A stretch of DNA of 48,306 bases, taken from positions 842,773 to 891,078 of the forward strand of contig WELA01002297.1 of NCBI GenBank assembly GCA_009602735.1. The letters run 5' to 3'. The position numbers and the translations under genes were made by a program. Below the pieces are notes generated by a model. That model ran no database searches. It saw only the letters and a list, made by a program, of their open reading frames with translations, and was not told where the DNA came from. The stretch comes from Mesotaenium endlicherianum. Its lineage: Eukaryota. Each line of letters opens with the position of its first letter. Positions within the stretch are counted from its first letter, which is position 1. Below are positions 34,658 through 47,951 of this stretch, piece after piece.

Positions 34658-37600
34658 ATGGCCACCTGCAACTTTCACCCCTATTATGGGGCGTTGGCCT
34701 CCATTGCCAATGCTCCCTCCATCGATAGGGAGCGTCAAGGAAGAGGGTCGCAGGCAAATGCCGGTGACTGTGGTCTTGTGGACGAGATTTCCGCTTCCGA
34801 TCAGCACAACCTAAGCTTACTTTGTGGTGATTTTAACGAGGAGGACCTCCTCAAACACCCACCTCTAGGCCTTACGCTAAGAAAGTCTGGCTCGTTCCTG
34901 GAGCTTCTGAGCAAACAGCTGGCTAAACATGATCCCGTCAGCCCCCAGAGGAATGAGCCAGAAGGCTCGCCTGTTCATATGGAAAATGCTCTGCATATGC
35001 AGGCAGGCTGTTCAATGGGCAAGGTGAAGTATTCGACCTTGATTGCAGAGAGCATCACTATTGGCGCATGGAAGGTGAGGCTTCTGACCTAAGATGCTGA
35101 AGCCTATGCTTCATGTGGTCTGCTCTTCAGGTCCATACTACGCGGTTGAGAATAGTCTGAAAGTGCACCTGGTTGGTTCACGTGTCCTCTGTCAGCTCCT
35201 AAAGCTGTCCGGTGACTGAGCTTGTTGACTGCCTAATAACTGCCTAGATGAAGATATCAACTGTATGTGCCAGACCAGGGAGGTCATGTTTCTGACCATA
35301 GGTCCATGCATGTTTGCCTGTACTCGGGTAGGGTGAGTGACACGGCCCTTTCTCTCACAAGACTGGGCCTTTCTCTCACCATTTCTGCGATTGCCTGGAT
35401 ATTTCGTGTGGGACAGCAAGTCTCTCAACATGAGGAGCATATTGTTGCAAAGTTTCAGTATGCCCAGAGGAAACTTATTTGGGAGGTCCTTGAAGAAGGG
35501 CTCAAAAGCAAGATGGAGGTGGACTACGATGATATCTCGTTCTTAAGAGCAACGTACTTGGGAAGCGCGCCGAGCATTCTCGAAGTTTGGGTAATTGCTT
35601 CAAGTCCTTGGTCCCTTCTCTTACTTCCTGTGACAGCTGTAAGGCTGCTTGTTGGCTTGCAGGCTGTGCAATCAATCAGCTCTGATGAGATTACATTGCC
35701 ACTGTGCATGCCCTCCGCCACCTGGCAGCACTGCCATGTAGCTGGCTTCTTCAGAAGCTTGTGTCTCTTTGCTCCAGTCGTGTTGCGAAAGCATTGTTAT
35801 GTTCTTTGAAGTTGTCTTGCCCCTTGGCTGTTGTCTGGTGATTGGTTGGAAGTAGCAACTTTATGCACATTGTTACTAGAGTGTATGATGAATTACTACC
35901 TCTTGTCAACTCAAGCAGGTTTGAGCAGTGGCAGCAGCAGCAGCAGCAGCTGACAGTTGGTCATTTGTGTTTACTTGCAATATGCTCTGGTGGTGTGCAG
36001 GTAAGACATGCTCCTGCGCATCACTCAATGTCTACCTCCGAGCACAGGGAGCAGACCACCTCGGAGGACTTCACCCATGGCGTGCCCGCAGCTCCCACGT
36101 GAGTCCTCCAAGTCCTTGCACCCTCTTGCTACCTGTGGCTGTCTGTCAATTATTCCTGAAGGAGTCCACCTGGTGGCTCACGGGAGCTTCATGAAGCCCT
36201 CCTGCTTGTTGCTGCCCTCTGTTGCGCAGGCGCCATCTGTTGACGTTTCCGGAGGGCTCCCTGGGCAAGCACTTTGACCAGCTGCGGACGTCTGACCCCA
36301 GACTTGATGAAATGGCCATAGTGGACACAGCTGCTCCCGCTGCTGTCATGCACTTTGGAGGGCACTCTGCTGGCCACCATTGGCCCCTCTCTCGTGTGCG
36401 CGCCCCTGCTGTCAACTCTGGTGTATGTCCCCCCGCCACCCTTCCGAACTTTTACGTATAACGGCTTTGTGTGTGTTTTTTACTTTGTACCAAGTTTGAC
36501 AGTGTGCATTGGGCTCGACATTTGCAGCGAGGTTGTTTTCTCATGCTTCAGACTCTTGCAGTGTCAGAGAAGGCTGAGCCGCTCAGCTGTTGCTTTCATA
36601 CCAGCTCCTGGGTGTTTCACATTCCCGGTATAGGCCCACGACAAATTTGTGCTCCCAAGTACACGGGCAGACCCGGAAAGACATCCTCCCTTCAAAGCTT
36701 GTGCGCACCTGTTGTTAGTGCAGTTTTGGTGCCTCTGGCTGATGGCTTCTTTGCTGGCGTGCCACAGATGGTGCAGCAAGGGCCGAGTGCTGGAGGGAGC
36801 AGCCCCCTGATGGGCCTGGCCAGGCGGAGCGTCCAGGCTGCACCAGCCATGCACTACGCAGGCCATCCTTCTGTGACGCATGGTGAGATTGTGCACGGGT
36901 GACTTGTTCCTTCTATAGCTTGACCAAAGGTCATGGTGAATGTGTCCTGTCTGTGCCCGTAGGTGTGTGGGTGTCCTGTATAATACGGATGTTTGTGTGC
37001 TTTTGTGAGAAAGAGAGTGTGTGAGGAGAGAGTGTATGTGCGTTCGCACTTCCACGTGTGTGTCTTCCAGGTTCTATTGTACTCTGGTTGTGAACTAAGG
37101 TCTTCTGACAAACATAGGGTCAAGTGGACTGCGTGGTGAAGATGGGGTGGGGCTCGGCTGTCCGCAACTAGTGTGCTAACCTGCCACGTGTCGTGTGCTC
37201 GTCTGGCAGTCGTCAGGTACCCTTTGAATGGTTCCAGTACCTCCAGCTCAGGCGCGGAGGGCCACGTGGCGACAGCCTTGCATCCCCATCTGGCACCAGG
37301 CCCATATAGGGTTCAGCTTCCTCCCTCTCACTACGAAATGGACGGAAGGGCCCTGCCCCCCCCGGCAGGTGGTCATTACTACTATGCTGCTGGTCACCAG
37401 CTGTTTGGGTCTCATTATCATCAACCTGGCAATCCTAGCCTGACCCAGGTCGTAAGCCAGGTGGCCCCTTCCTGGAGCCTCCAGGCGGCTCTGCCAGCAG
37501 CTTCGTCATACCCCCTGGGCCTGCACCCCCCACATCCGCGCAATTCGGCTGCCAGCCCTCACCGGGTTCGAAGCGAGCCCTCAAGGCCCTGGGACAAGCC

Positions 37601-38258
37601 CAAGACGGGCTCTGCCGCAGCAGGGCCAGGTGGTGGTAGCAGCAAGGACAACCATGGCAGAGGCATCCCGAAGGCGTCCTTGAAGAGGGCCGCGACTGCC
37701 AAGAAGCGCTTTCAGCCACCTCCTGCCAAGAGGGCCAGAAACGAGAGATGCACCGCGGCGCGAGCACACCTCGTCATGTATGAAGCGGGGGGGGAGAAGA
37801 GGTTTGTGACGCTCGCGGAAGAGGCGGAGGCAGTCGCAGCCGCTGCTGCACGGGAGGCGGCACAACAAGCGGAGGCAGCGGCCATGGCGGCGGCCATGGC
37901 GGCTTCCATTGCAGAGGCCGAGGCTGCCGCTGGCCTGACAAGTGTCCCTGACGGTGCGAAGGGCCTGATCACTGAAGAGGCTGCTGGCATGCTGCCAGCA
38001 TATGCCTTCCAGGAGGGGGAGTTTGCCGCTAGCGAGGGAACCGGAGGTGCTGCCACGCGGATGCAGGGCTTGGCAGAAGATCTGTCGGAAGAGGAATGGG
38101 ATGGACTGCTGATGACCGATGGACAGGTCGTCGTGCCAGCTGGCATGGGGGCTGCAGAAGCCCAAGAGGACTATTTCCTGATGAATGACGTGTCTGATGT
38201 AACTAATTTCTCTTTTTTCTCTGACTTGTCTCCTCTCGTGGACCTGGCCTTCCTGTGA
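34658..38258 (+). CDS. TRF2/HOY1 PH-like domain protein (plant PLGLTLRKS family); exons 34,658-35,074, 35,417-35,590, 36,001-36,098, 36,230-36,422, 36,768-36,882, 37,210-38,258
   Basis: Family motifs PPLGLTLRKSGSFLELL, ITIGAW, IVAKFQYAQRKLIWEVLEEGLKSKMEV..DI, EDFT.G and RHLLTFPEGSLGKHFDQLRTSDPRL. All introns are GT..AG and phases are consistent. Confidence 0.8.
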
Positions 38259-41200
38259 ATGGGACGTTCTCGTGGGCCCCTCCTCTTCATTCGTCGTCAT
38301 TGCGGATCTGGAACCTTGATCATTTTTCTGCATGGCCTAATTAGGCCAGCTCATAATTTGGACCTTCTCATCAGCCAGAGAACGGAGGTGTTACGAGGGT
38401 CTTCGAGGTGTTCGATTGTACTAAATTATGCTGGAAGGCAGTGTAGACGGTATGAAATTCGTTCAGAGTGTACATTGTAGGAACTGCCAGGTATAATTCT
38501 TTTTTTGGGAACCCCTTTCTGGAGGAGGTGGGCTGTCGCTCCGATACTCCAGTAGACTGAATTCAGCGCTGCTTTTGATTGAGCCAGCACACATTGTGGT
38601 GATTTACTTGCCGCCATGTGTGCTGTTTCTCCAGCATTTTACGCTGATAGCTTTCTTAGCGGCAGCCCAATGAGGGGTCACTTTTCGTAGTCGATGGGTC
38701 TTACTGAAGTTCCCGCACCCGCACACAGATGATGCCCAAATAAGTATGCAGATGGCCTGCCAGGCGGCCAGGCTGCTGAGTCTGTTTGATATGCTGGTAC
38801 ACACTAGCATGTTTCCTTCTTTGCAGCAGCTGTTGCAGGGCCAGTTGTAGTTGTTGATGTGGTCAAACAAATTTTGGTAGAGTAGAAAGACATAGGGTCA
38901 TCAGTCGTCTACCTCTAAATTGTTGTATGGAAGTTTCAGAATGTAGTGTAGAAAAAATGCTAGGGATGGGGTTAGGCCCAGGATTGTAGTTGACATGTTC
39001 TACTCCAAGTTTCTGAGCTTTCTAGTTGTTGGTTTAAGAGTAACAAAAGTGGTTTATTCCGGTTGTAGGCCTTTATGTATGGAATTAATTACTGAGACTC
39101 GCAAGTCAGGTATTTATATCCCTTATCGTAAAAGCCTTAGTTGTACTCTTAGACCACTAAACACAAATTGTGGATATCAGTTTACAGCTCCAGAGCAACC
39201 TCGGTGTAGGAGATGTTTGACTTATAGCTTAGCATTGGCAAAAAAAACTATCTGTTGAAACGCAGCATTTGCTCCTTAGACGTCAGTCATTGCATGCTCA
39301 CTACTTGGAGGGCGATCAAAATACTATACCAAAACACAGTTTGCCTACAATTTTAAACTGAGGTTGCTCTTATTGATTTAGCCAACAATCAAATGTACAA
39401 TGATGCATCAATCAACCAAAATTGTATAGAGTTGTATAACATGACAAATGAGGCCTGATATGCTAAAGATTGTCTCATACCAACAAAGTTGACACCGTAT
39501 TCCACGGGAGATGCATTTGTAAGGCGAATTTACTATCAAAAATGAAAAACAGCCCCCTTTTGCCACCACTTACACTTCTCATCACAAATTGTTCAGTATT
39601 TGACGTGCAAACTCTATTTATAAGCTTTCCCTTCTCTCTTCACTCTTCCCATCCTATAGCTACACTGTAACGCGACAAATTACGAAAGTGTTGTACATAA
39701 GCAAGGGCGTCAAGTTTTTGGGAAAAGTTTGTTGAAGTATCGCTTATTGTCAAACACAACTACGTGGCACTTCCGCGCAATGAACTTTTGTTTCATAAAA
39801 TTTGTTTTGCGCTTCACATTCTTGATGATGCCCCGAAATGAGCTAACATACGACTTTGTTGCGTTGTGTGCAATTTTTTGTAGCCATTATATTAGCGAGA
39901 GAGAAAGATGCACCCACGGTTGACATCAATTTCTTAAGCACAAGATTCATTCTACTCTCAAGCATGTGAGGTGCAAGAGTCATCTCTAACATGATGAGTG
40001 TTGATCAATACAAGTCTTTAGTGACAACGTACATGCTCAAGGGTGCACATACATATTTATTGTAAGATATGATTTTTTTGCAATGTTTGTTCTTTACTAT
40101 TCTCCAAATTGTCAAACTTGTTACCTCTATTCGAACTCAAGGTCTTTCACTTAATACACTTATTCACAAATTTTTGGCCTTCTTGTCTCTAAGCTTATTC
40201 AAACATACACATCCTTAGGCGTCAAGACACTTGAGCTTGGCGTACTCGGTGAAAATTGCCTCGATTGTGCTCATGAAACGTATTGGAATTTGAGAAAGCT
40301 CAAATCTTGTTCCCTTTCTGTCCTCGAGCCGAGAGCCCTCCTTAGCATGTTAATGTGCAATACATTTGTTGCAATTTCACATTTGAGCCAATTGCGCAAG
40401 TAATGGACTATCTTTCCACGACTACGATGTCATCGATAGCCTCTCAAGAATGAGAATTCTTACTTCTTGTTCGATTGAAGGGTAGCAATTACAAGTCCCC
40501 CTCTTGCTTGGGCGCAGAGGATCACTTCTCATTGCTTTTTGCGTCAATTGACTCAAGTCGCTTCATGACTCATTCCACCTAGGGCAACTCTTCATAATGG
40601 TCAACACTACAAATTTGATCAACACCATCTAGGGGAACGAAGAACAATATCATTCGCGTACGACTATATCACCCAACTTCGTGTTTAGTAGAAAAAAATG
40701 AGTGACACATTTTGGTTGTCAATGGTATACGGCGGTTTACAACAAAATATTATCATGTGTGCAAATGCTGATGACAAGTAACTCGCCTTTGCCATCTTGT
40801 GACGTGATGACGCACGAGGTCGAGTTCATCGAGTGTTCAAAAGCACTCGATTAAGTTTGCTTGAAAACATAATTCAAAAGTAGCGCTTAATTGTCTGAGG
40901 CTTGATATTTGACCAAAACGTTTCAATCTCTCCCATTGAACATTGAGCGCCCAAATATCGATGTTAACCACAATCTTTTGAAATCACTTTGTCAGGGTAC
41001 TTGCTGATACAGCGTGTAAGGTTATGAAACTGTAGTTTGTATTTTTATAACATTTTATATGCATAGAGTGTGATTTTAGAAGAACTTTGGCCTTTAATTC
41101 AAGTCATTTGGACAAGTATTGAGAAAGTTATGAGTTTTGGGAGTTTTTAGTGAGTTTTTAATGTCACAGATTCAATTCAGTGACAAGGACAGGTCCAGTG

Positions 41201-41606
41201 ACGAAAATTTCGGTTGGAGTCCAGGAAGTAGGACATTGAAACATGAGGGTTCCAGAAACTACGTACAATTACGTAGAGTGCCAAAGTGTCCGTGAGGAGT
41301 TAGTGGACTGTGTACTAGAATATTCTAGAATGTGATTGTGTGCGTGTGAGTGTGCTAGCTTGTCCAACTAGGCAAGGTCAAGTACATGGAAGGAGCCATA
41401 GGAGAAGGTTCTGGAGATACCTTGCTAGAGAGGACACTTAGAGTTAAAAGGATAAATGGGAAGCACAAGGAAGTAGAGGGGGCTTAGTCTAGTCTAACCC
41501 CAATATATATCGATGTGCAGTATGCGCGGATTGAAAATGAGTAGTCGCTGGGCATGGTTGGGACACGTGTGAAAGGAACACAAAGAGCATTAATTGTGAT
41601 GTCTTA

Positions 41607-42167
41607 GGGCTGGTTTAGAGTGGGCACTCGCGAAATATTCTATTCCGCACATTGCGCTATCGAGTTTTGTGCTATTCAATTTTCCAGAAATTTATTCAAT
41701 TGTACAAGTGACCGAATTAAAAAGATTTCAAAAATTTGGTTTACAGTGGCCACACGTCCTCGCTATGCAATCGTCGCTAAAATGCCCCGATCACGAGGGT
41801 CATGATTTGCAGCTCACAAAATTGGCGTGGAAGTACGTCAGTGATTACAGTAGGCGGGGATAGCAAGGTCGTTTTTGGCATGTACTCCGGTGTACCTTGC
41901 ACGATTTCCGACTCCACAAGATAAGAACGCGAACCTGTCTCAATTGACTCTTGAGGTCAATTGCGTTTTCTACTATCCAGTTCACTTTTAGCCGTTTTCC
42001 AATTGTAGGCGCGACTGAAATGGATAGCAAGGAGCGCGCAAAAGTGCACTCTAAACATCGAAAATGGTCGAGATTTCAAATTATATCGACGCGTTGTACC
42101 GCCGGGTACAGACGGGTACAGTCAAATTGAATAGAATCGCTCGTTTTTGCCCACTCTAAACCAGCCC
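41607..42167. mobile_element. Tourist/PIF-Harbinger-type MITE (561 bp)
   Basis: 20-bp TIR GGGCTGGTTTAGAGTGGGCA / TGCCCACTCTAAACCAGCCC; TTA TSD at 41,604-41,606 and 42,168-42,170; no coding capacity. Confidence 0.9.
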
Positions 42168-44086
42168 TTAACCAGTCGTCCTGAACACTTCAAAATTCTC
42201 TACGGAAGTGGCATGCATGTGGCATGTATGATGGAGGTGCTTGTCGGCTAGATCTGCTCACTCCACGCACGTCCTCACAGGTTTAACGTGTCGAATTGGC
42301 ACTTTTCGGTACTTTTCGCTTTTCACTCAAATCTTTCTCATTTTTATCTGAAAACCCTTCTTGTGTCAGAAAAATGCCGGTCATCTACGATGCTTCGGGA
42401 ACCCAATATATACTGTTCAAAACTGTACATGCACCAAGTTTTACAGAGTGAAATTAAGTGGTTTATAGTGGCTTTTAGGGGTGTCCTCCACTTTTGTGGG
42501 GTGTACTTTTAGTGACTTTTAGCAATTGAATTGAAAGAATATCAATTGACCTCAAGAGGTCCTTTGGAATTTTGAATAATTTCGAACACAACGTCTCCAA
42601 ATCTTGCTCAAAACAACTCGTGTTGAGTCAAAGACGACTGACATACGCGTGACCGGTCAGATCAACCCCATCTCACGTACCTTCACTTCGCTATTTGAAA
42701 CTAAAGCGCCACAAATATCTTTTGAAAAATGGTACATCTCGAAATGTCCACAAGACGGCAGTGTCTATAAATAATGGGTCAATTATGGAATTAGCCCTAT
42801 CGTGACCGCTGTGCCGACAAATATGGTATGTCAAGAGCGGCTTGAAGACGAAAGGCAACAAGGGTGGGGAATTCTGGGAGCATTGTGCGCTGTAAACCGA
42901 TATGACTCCGCCTGCGATTGCATTTGAAACAGATCAAGTAATTTGAAAGTGACGCAACTGCGCGAGTGGCGGAAATGATTTTTTTGAGTGGCCTTAGTAA
43001 ATAGGCCCTAAGAATACAATGAATAACAAGCTCGAAACGCCAGTTTATATACGAAATACCACCAGCCTCCAGGATCTAGTGTGCAACAGAGCATGTCTGG
43101 CGCTACCCGGCGCTTGAGGAGAACGTTGTCTCGTGACTCTCGTCCTCAAAAGGTTATGATACCCTTGGGGCAAAAGTCGTCGTGATCGATCATCTATGCA
43201 ACGAGAACTGTTGGCGATGTGATAATTGGCCTGGAAAGTCGAGACCCGAGACGGTGAACCGTGACCATGGGGGGGGAAATGGCGCTAGTTTTCTGGATTT
43301 TAAAACCGGGTCGCTAAGATCATTCACTAAGTCTCCGAGCTTTGAATTAAGGTCATTACTGATACGAATCTGCTTAACTCTAGGTTGCAGAATTTATGAT
43401 TGATTTAAGTCGCCATTTGAAATCGACGAACTTTGGGCGCTGTTTCACGGATTCCTGAACGCAATCACCCCCCCATGGTCGAGACTCGAGAGTCGAGACT
43501 CGTCACTCAACCAGGAGAGTGGCCTGGAGCTGGCCTGGAGCTGGCCTGGAGTGGCACCCCGAGCAGCCTGAACTCTGGGGACGTTCGCACGTCCGTTTCT
43601 CGACTGACGTCACCTGAGTCCTGGCTCCCGAGTCCCGAATCCGGGGGCCCGAGGTGCTCGAGACCACTCGAGAGCAGCTCGAGAGTCGAGAATCGAGCAG
43701 AGTCGAGAGTCGAATGCAGTCGAGTGTCAAATCAGTGCACGTCAGCTGCAGGACACATCAGCCATGAGTGACCATTGACGAGTCACGACCTGAAATAATG
43801 AGCAACGGCCCTATAACGTGATTGGAGCTGTCGTGCAAGTTGCAATCATGACAAGTCCAACTTTGACTTCGGACCGCTTTGAATGGAAGGACCGTCGCAC
43901 GCACATCACTCTGAATCTGCTCATTTTTTGCTTAGCTTGCGTTCCGTGGCTCAGCATATACAACAGGAGATTAATTCTCTGATCTGCTACTTTCTTTTTG
44001 CAACTTTGCTGCCTCCTTCATACGAAACATACTTTCGTAGACCGATTCTCGCCCTTTCCTTCTTCAGGGGCACCTTTGCAATTGCA

Positions 44087-45124
44087 ATGGTGGCAGAGCG
44101 CAGACAATTGCAGATCACGGTAGATGAGTATTGCGATCACAAGTCGCAGAGTGACACCAAGAGTCCTTGCAAGCCGATCGTGCAAGTACAGGGACAGGCG
44201 CATGCCTTGGCAGAGGCTGCCAGACAATGGAGAGGTGAAGAAGAGTCTCTCACCGATGAGGACTCCTTCAACCATGTATGGCAGCTGCCTGGAGTCGCCT
44301 CTATAAGTTGCCTGGAAGACTCTGCATGGCTAGAGCCTGAAGCCGACGAGCAGATTTCTAGAAACATCGGGTGGTTTGGACTAAAAAAGAGTTCCGAATC
44401 GGGCAGCATTTCTGGTGGCCTGGTGAGGCAACAGTCGGTAGAGATTCCTCCTTCCAAAGCTCTCCACTCGGTGAAGCATGTGCGCGTAAGAAGCTGGGGA
44501 GGATTTCATACAACAGGCAGTCAGAAGGCGTCTGTGGACAGGAAGGGATCAGAGAAGGGGGGACTCCACGCCCTCTCCGAGGTGTCACCCATAGACAGTG
44601 AAATCCCATCGACACCTCCAGGGATGATGTCGCCAACCACGCCCTCTCACTTTTCCAAATTGCTTGCAGCAGACAAGGTGGCATCTTCAGCGTGGAAAGA
44701 TGAGGACTTGGACTCCCATACGCAGGCAGGCTGCTGGCAGCCCAGGGCTCTCCATCTGAAGGGCCTACTAGACATAGACTTCAAGAGGGGATATAGTAAG
44801 AAGAGCAAAAAAGACAGTTGGGTTGTGGTGACAATAAATGTAGAGCCCCCTGATGCGGCAACTCCCCGCAGGAAAAAGAAATGCCACGCAAGTAGCCCTG
44901 CAGCCAAGACTCTGTCACCGTCTCAAACCAGCAGCCACGAAGTGAACAGAAAGTGTACACGTGCTGACTGCCGCGACCGGAGCGCCCACGGCGTGCTCAG
45001 TTTGATGGAGAAGGACTGCAATGCAGCCATGGGCAAAAATGGGCTGAAAAAGTTGTGGCTCATAATCAAGCCGCGTGCAGGCCCTCTCCATGCTTTGAGG
45101 TCGAGAATACCAGCCTCCATCTGA
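44087..45124 (+). CDS. Uncharacterised Ser/Lys-rich protein (345 aa; open frame from 43,883)
   Basis: Long stop-free frame with a pyrimidine-rich ...TTCAG acceptor at 44,067 just upstream of the ATG. No recognised domain. Confidence 0.5.
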   Translation: MVAERRQLQITVDEYCDHKSQSDTKSPCKPIVQVQGQAHALAEAARQWRGEEESLTDEDSFNHVWQLPGVASISCLEDSAWLEPEADEQISRNIGWFGLKKSSESGSISGGLVRQQSVEIPPSKALHSVKHVRVRSWGGFHTTGSQKASVDRKGSEKGGLHALSEVSPIDSEIPSTPPGMMSPTTPSHFSKLLAADKVASSAWKDEDLDSHTQAGCWQPRALHLKGLLDIDFKRGYSKKSKKDSWVVVTINVEPPDAATPRRKKKCHASSPAAKTLSPSQTSSHEVNRKCTRADCRDRSAHGVLSLMEKDCNAAMGKNGLKKLWLIIKPRAGPLHALRSRIPASI

Positions 45125-46959
45125 GTGCACACTCTCTTCAGCGCTCAGCTTTTCCTGTATATTGAGCTCAATCGCAAGGACGTCATCTGCTTGTATCGTG
45201 CGCGTGGACAATTTGGCATTGCTTTGAGTAACGCATAGGGGGGAATTATTACTGTAGCACAGACATATGTACAAATATTTACTTGTTCTCAGAATAGTAG
45301 CATCATACAAGGGAAGCTAGACTTCATAAGCCGGGGAAGTATACTTCCTATCTGGCAAAGGGGACAGGTATAATTGTCAAAGTTAAGTATACCTCTAAGC
45401 TCAATCCAATGACTTGACAGTACTTGTTGAGTGTGGAAGCGAGGTATGCACTAGCGAAGCATACATTTAAGTGCAGGCTCTCAATCACGTATAGACGATA
45501 AGAGAGGCGAGTCATTAGCTGGCTATACATGACCCCAAGGGGGATAGCCCCCTGGGTCCACGAGCACAAATCTAGTGTAGGTACAGCTATTTGTATCCTG
45601 TAGGACCCAATGTACTACGTGGAGATGCATATGAATGTGTGAACACCTTGTCCACACTTCTCACAATTATGGCAGGGAGCCTCTTACTGTGCGTTGTAAA
45701 ACATGGACAGTCTAGTGAGCATGTCACCCACACTTTTTGTGCGCAATCGTCCCAGGATGTCAAGCCAGGGCTGTCTTGTTGGAAGTATACTAATGAGCTC
45801 TCTGCAAATCCAGATCCTGATCCAAGCAAAGCAGAAGTCACGCTACTGTACCAGGATACTCTCAAGGCAAGCTTTAAAATGGATAACGTAGCAACATAAG
45901 AAGTCTGACACATGCTATTTCAGCTCTGCTAAATTGTTCAAAGGTATAGTAAGGAGGCACAGGAGTGTAACCACAAGGTAAGCCACTGCTTTCTTCTGCC
46001 AGGTTAGGTCGTACACGCTCATACATATATGCATATATATATGTATGTATACTTATATGTATATATTTACATCTTGCAGCAACTATGTACAGCTCATTCC
46101 TCTACAACATAATCAAGAATCACCGTACTATACCGTACTGTTACCCCCCACGATGCATTCACCCTACCCATTACCTCCCAAATGCCCTTGGTGGGATGGA
46201 AGGTTGGCCTCATACCTGCCCTCACCCATGGTATGTGAAGGAATCCAAAATTCTACCTACCACGAGACGACTTCTGAAGCTAGTCCTCCTCCAAGACCGA
46301 ACAGAGGGAGGCAGGAAGGCCTTGAATGTGGTAACTGAGTTCACAGAGACTCCAACCTGAGCGAAACTGCTGAGCTGAGCGGAGCTATTAGTAGGTAACA
46401 AGATGATGAGCGAGTCAAAGACAGCCATACGCCCTATATCTACTCACACACCCACGCGCACGTGTGTGCGCGCACACACACACCCACACACACACAAATA
46501 CTCTGTACAGTGAAATATAAATCAGGAGGATACTACATGAGATCTGCCGCCATGTGCTGGGTCTGCTGAGTGTACGTGTGCCTGTTGGGAAGGGATAGCT
46601 CCCGCTGCAAAGCGTTGCTCTGAGCTTACAACCACAAAACACGCACAGCGCGAGGAGGGCTAAGAACCCCTCAAATGAGTCTGGTCCCTCCACCCCCATC
46701 TCACAAACTCGGGACTCCCTTCTGACACCAGACCCCTCTCCCCTTCCGAGTCGAAACCCCCTCCACCCACACCTTGCCCCGTCCACCGCTACGTTTCTCT
46801 TCTTTCACCCACCCTGCCCTATCGCCAAAAAACGCGCGTCATATGACCTGCCCGCCAATCGCCGGGGCAAGAAATCTCGCTTGCCCGCTTGCCCCCGCTT
46901 TTGCCTGTCAGTGGGCAGGAAGGCCGGCGGGCCGCAGTGCCGAGTGAGTAGTGGCACAA

Positions 46960-47951
46960 CTAGCCCATGAGAATGTTGCGCACTTGCGCGGCAATGTCGG
47001 CCTGCACATGCTCGTCCGCGACGGGCTGCCCCTCCCGGTCCAGCAGCAGAAAGCGGTACACCTCGTACTGCCGCCCGTCCAGCTGGTGCCGCGTGATGTC
47101 CCCCTGCGCCCGACCGCAAGCCACCACAGCGTACGTGTCAGCTCATCTTACAGCCGGTGAACACACACACAGACACACACACACACACACCACATGCATG
47201 CGTATGTACGTGCAGCGGACGACCCTGGGCCTGACTTCAAGCCTGTGGCCCTTCGCATGTGGCGCCTTCAACAGCCCGCAGAAGTCCTGCACCGCGCCAG
47301 TGCCTGCTTGCACACAGGCCCACACACGCCTGGGCCCTCTCCCTCGACGGAAGCGCCTCTAGCAATGACGCTCGTCCGTCGGCTGCGAGCTGCGTTCCCA
47401 GAGCAGAGTGCGGCACTCACAGCCTAGTACAGAGCAGGGGCCCTCCGGCCACACACATGCTCGTGCAATCTGGCCCAAGGGGGGACTGGAGGGGCAAGAA
47501 GCTCTTGCTGCCTACTGCACTCCGGAGCTCCTGGACGCAGTACAACAACCTTCTCAGCATGCCTCCCCATCATTCACCTACAGGCAAACAAGCCCCGACC
47601 CTCTGAGCGTCACCAGGCAGGGAGTGTTTGAAGTCAGCAGAGGAAGGGGGGNGGGGGGTAAGCAGCCACCTTGAAAATCTGGAGGCCGAGCTGCGCGAGG
47701 ACGTACGTCACGTCGTACAGCACGCGCGGCCGGCCGCGGCCGCAGCGCTCGACAGGTGTCGAGACGAGGAGCTCCGAGTCGGGGCCGGTAGTGGCCACGC
47801 CCACGCCGATGGGTTCCTCCAGCTCCGTGCGCAGGCGTCGCACCAGCTCGCGCTGCTTCCTCTCGTCGTACAGCTTGCGGCCCTTGGCGTCCTGGATGAA
47901 GATGTTCAGGAAGCACACGCCGCCCTCCGTTGTGATCCTCCCGTAGCCCAC
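46960..47951 (-). CDS. Last two exons (47,951-47,670 and 47,103-46,960) of an ACT-domain repeat protein, ACR9/ACR10-like; gene continues off the right edge
   Basis: YGR..., GPDSELLVSTPVERCGRGRPRVLYDVT..L..LGLQIF and RQYEVYRFLL...VRNILMG* match the ACR9/10 C-terminus. Both exons are phase 0 with GT..AG introns. Confidence 0.88.

Noticed and set aside
37435..38333. Long antisense ORFs opposite the GC-rich last exon (also 28,598-29,128)
   Set aside because: Expected shadow frames of GC/Ala-rich coding sequence.
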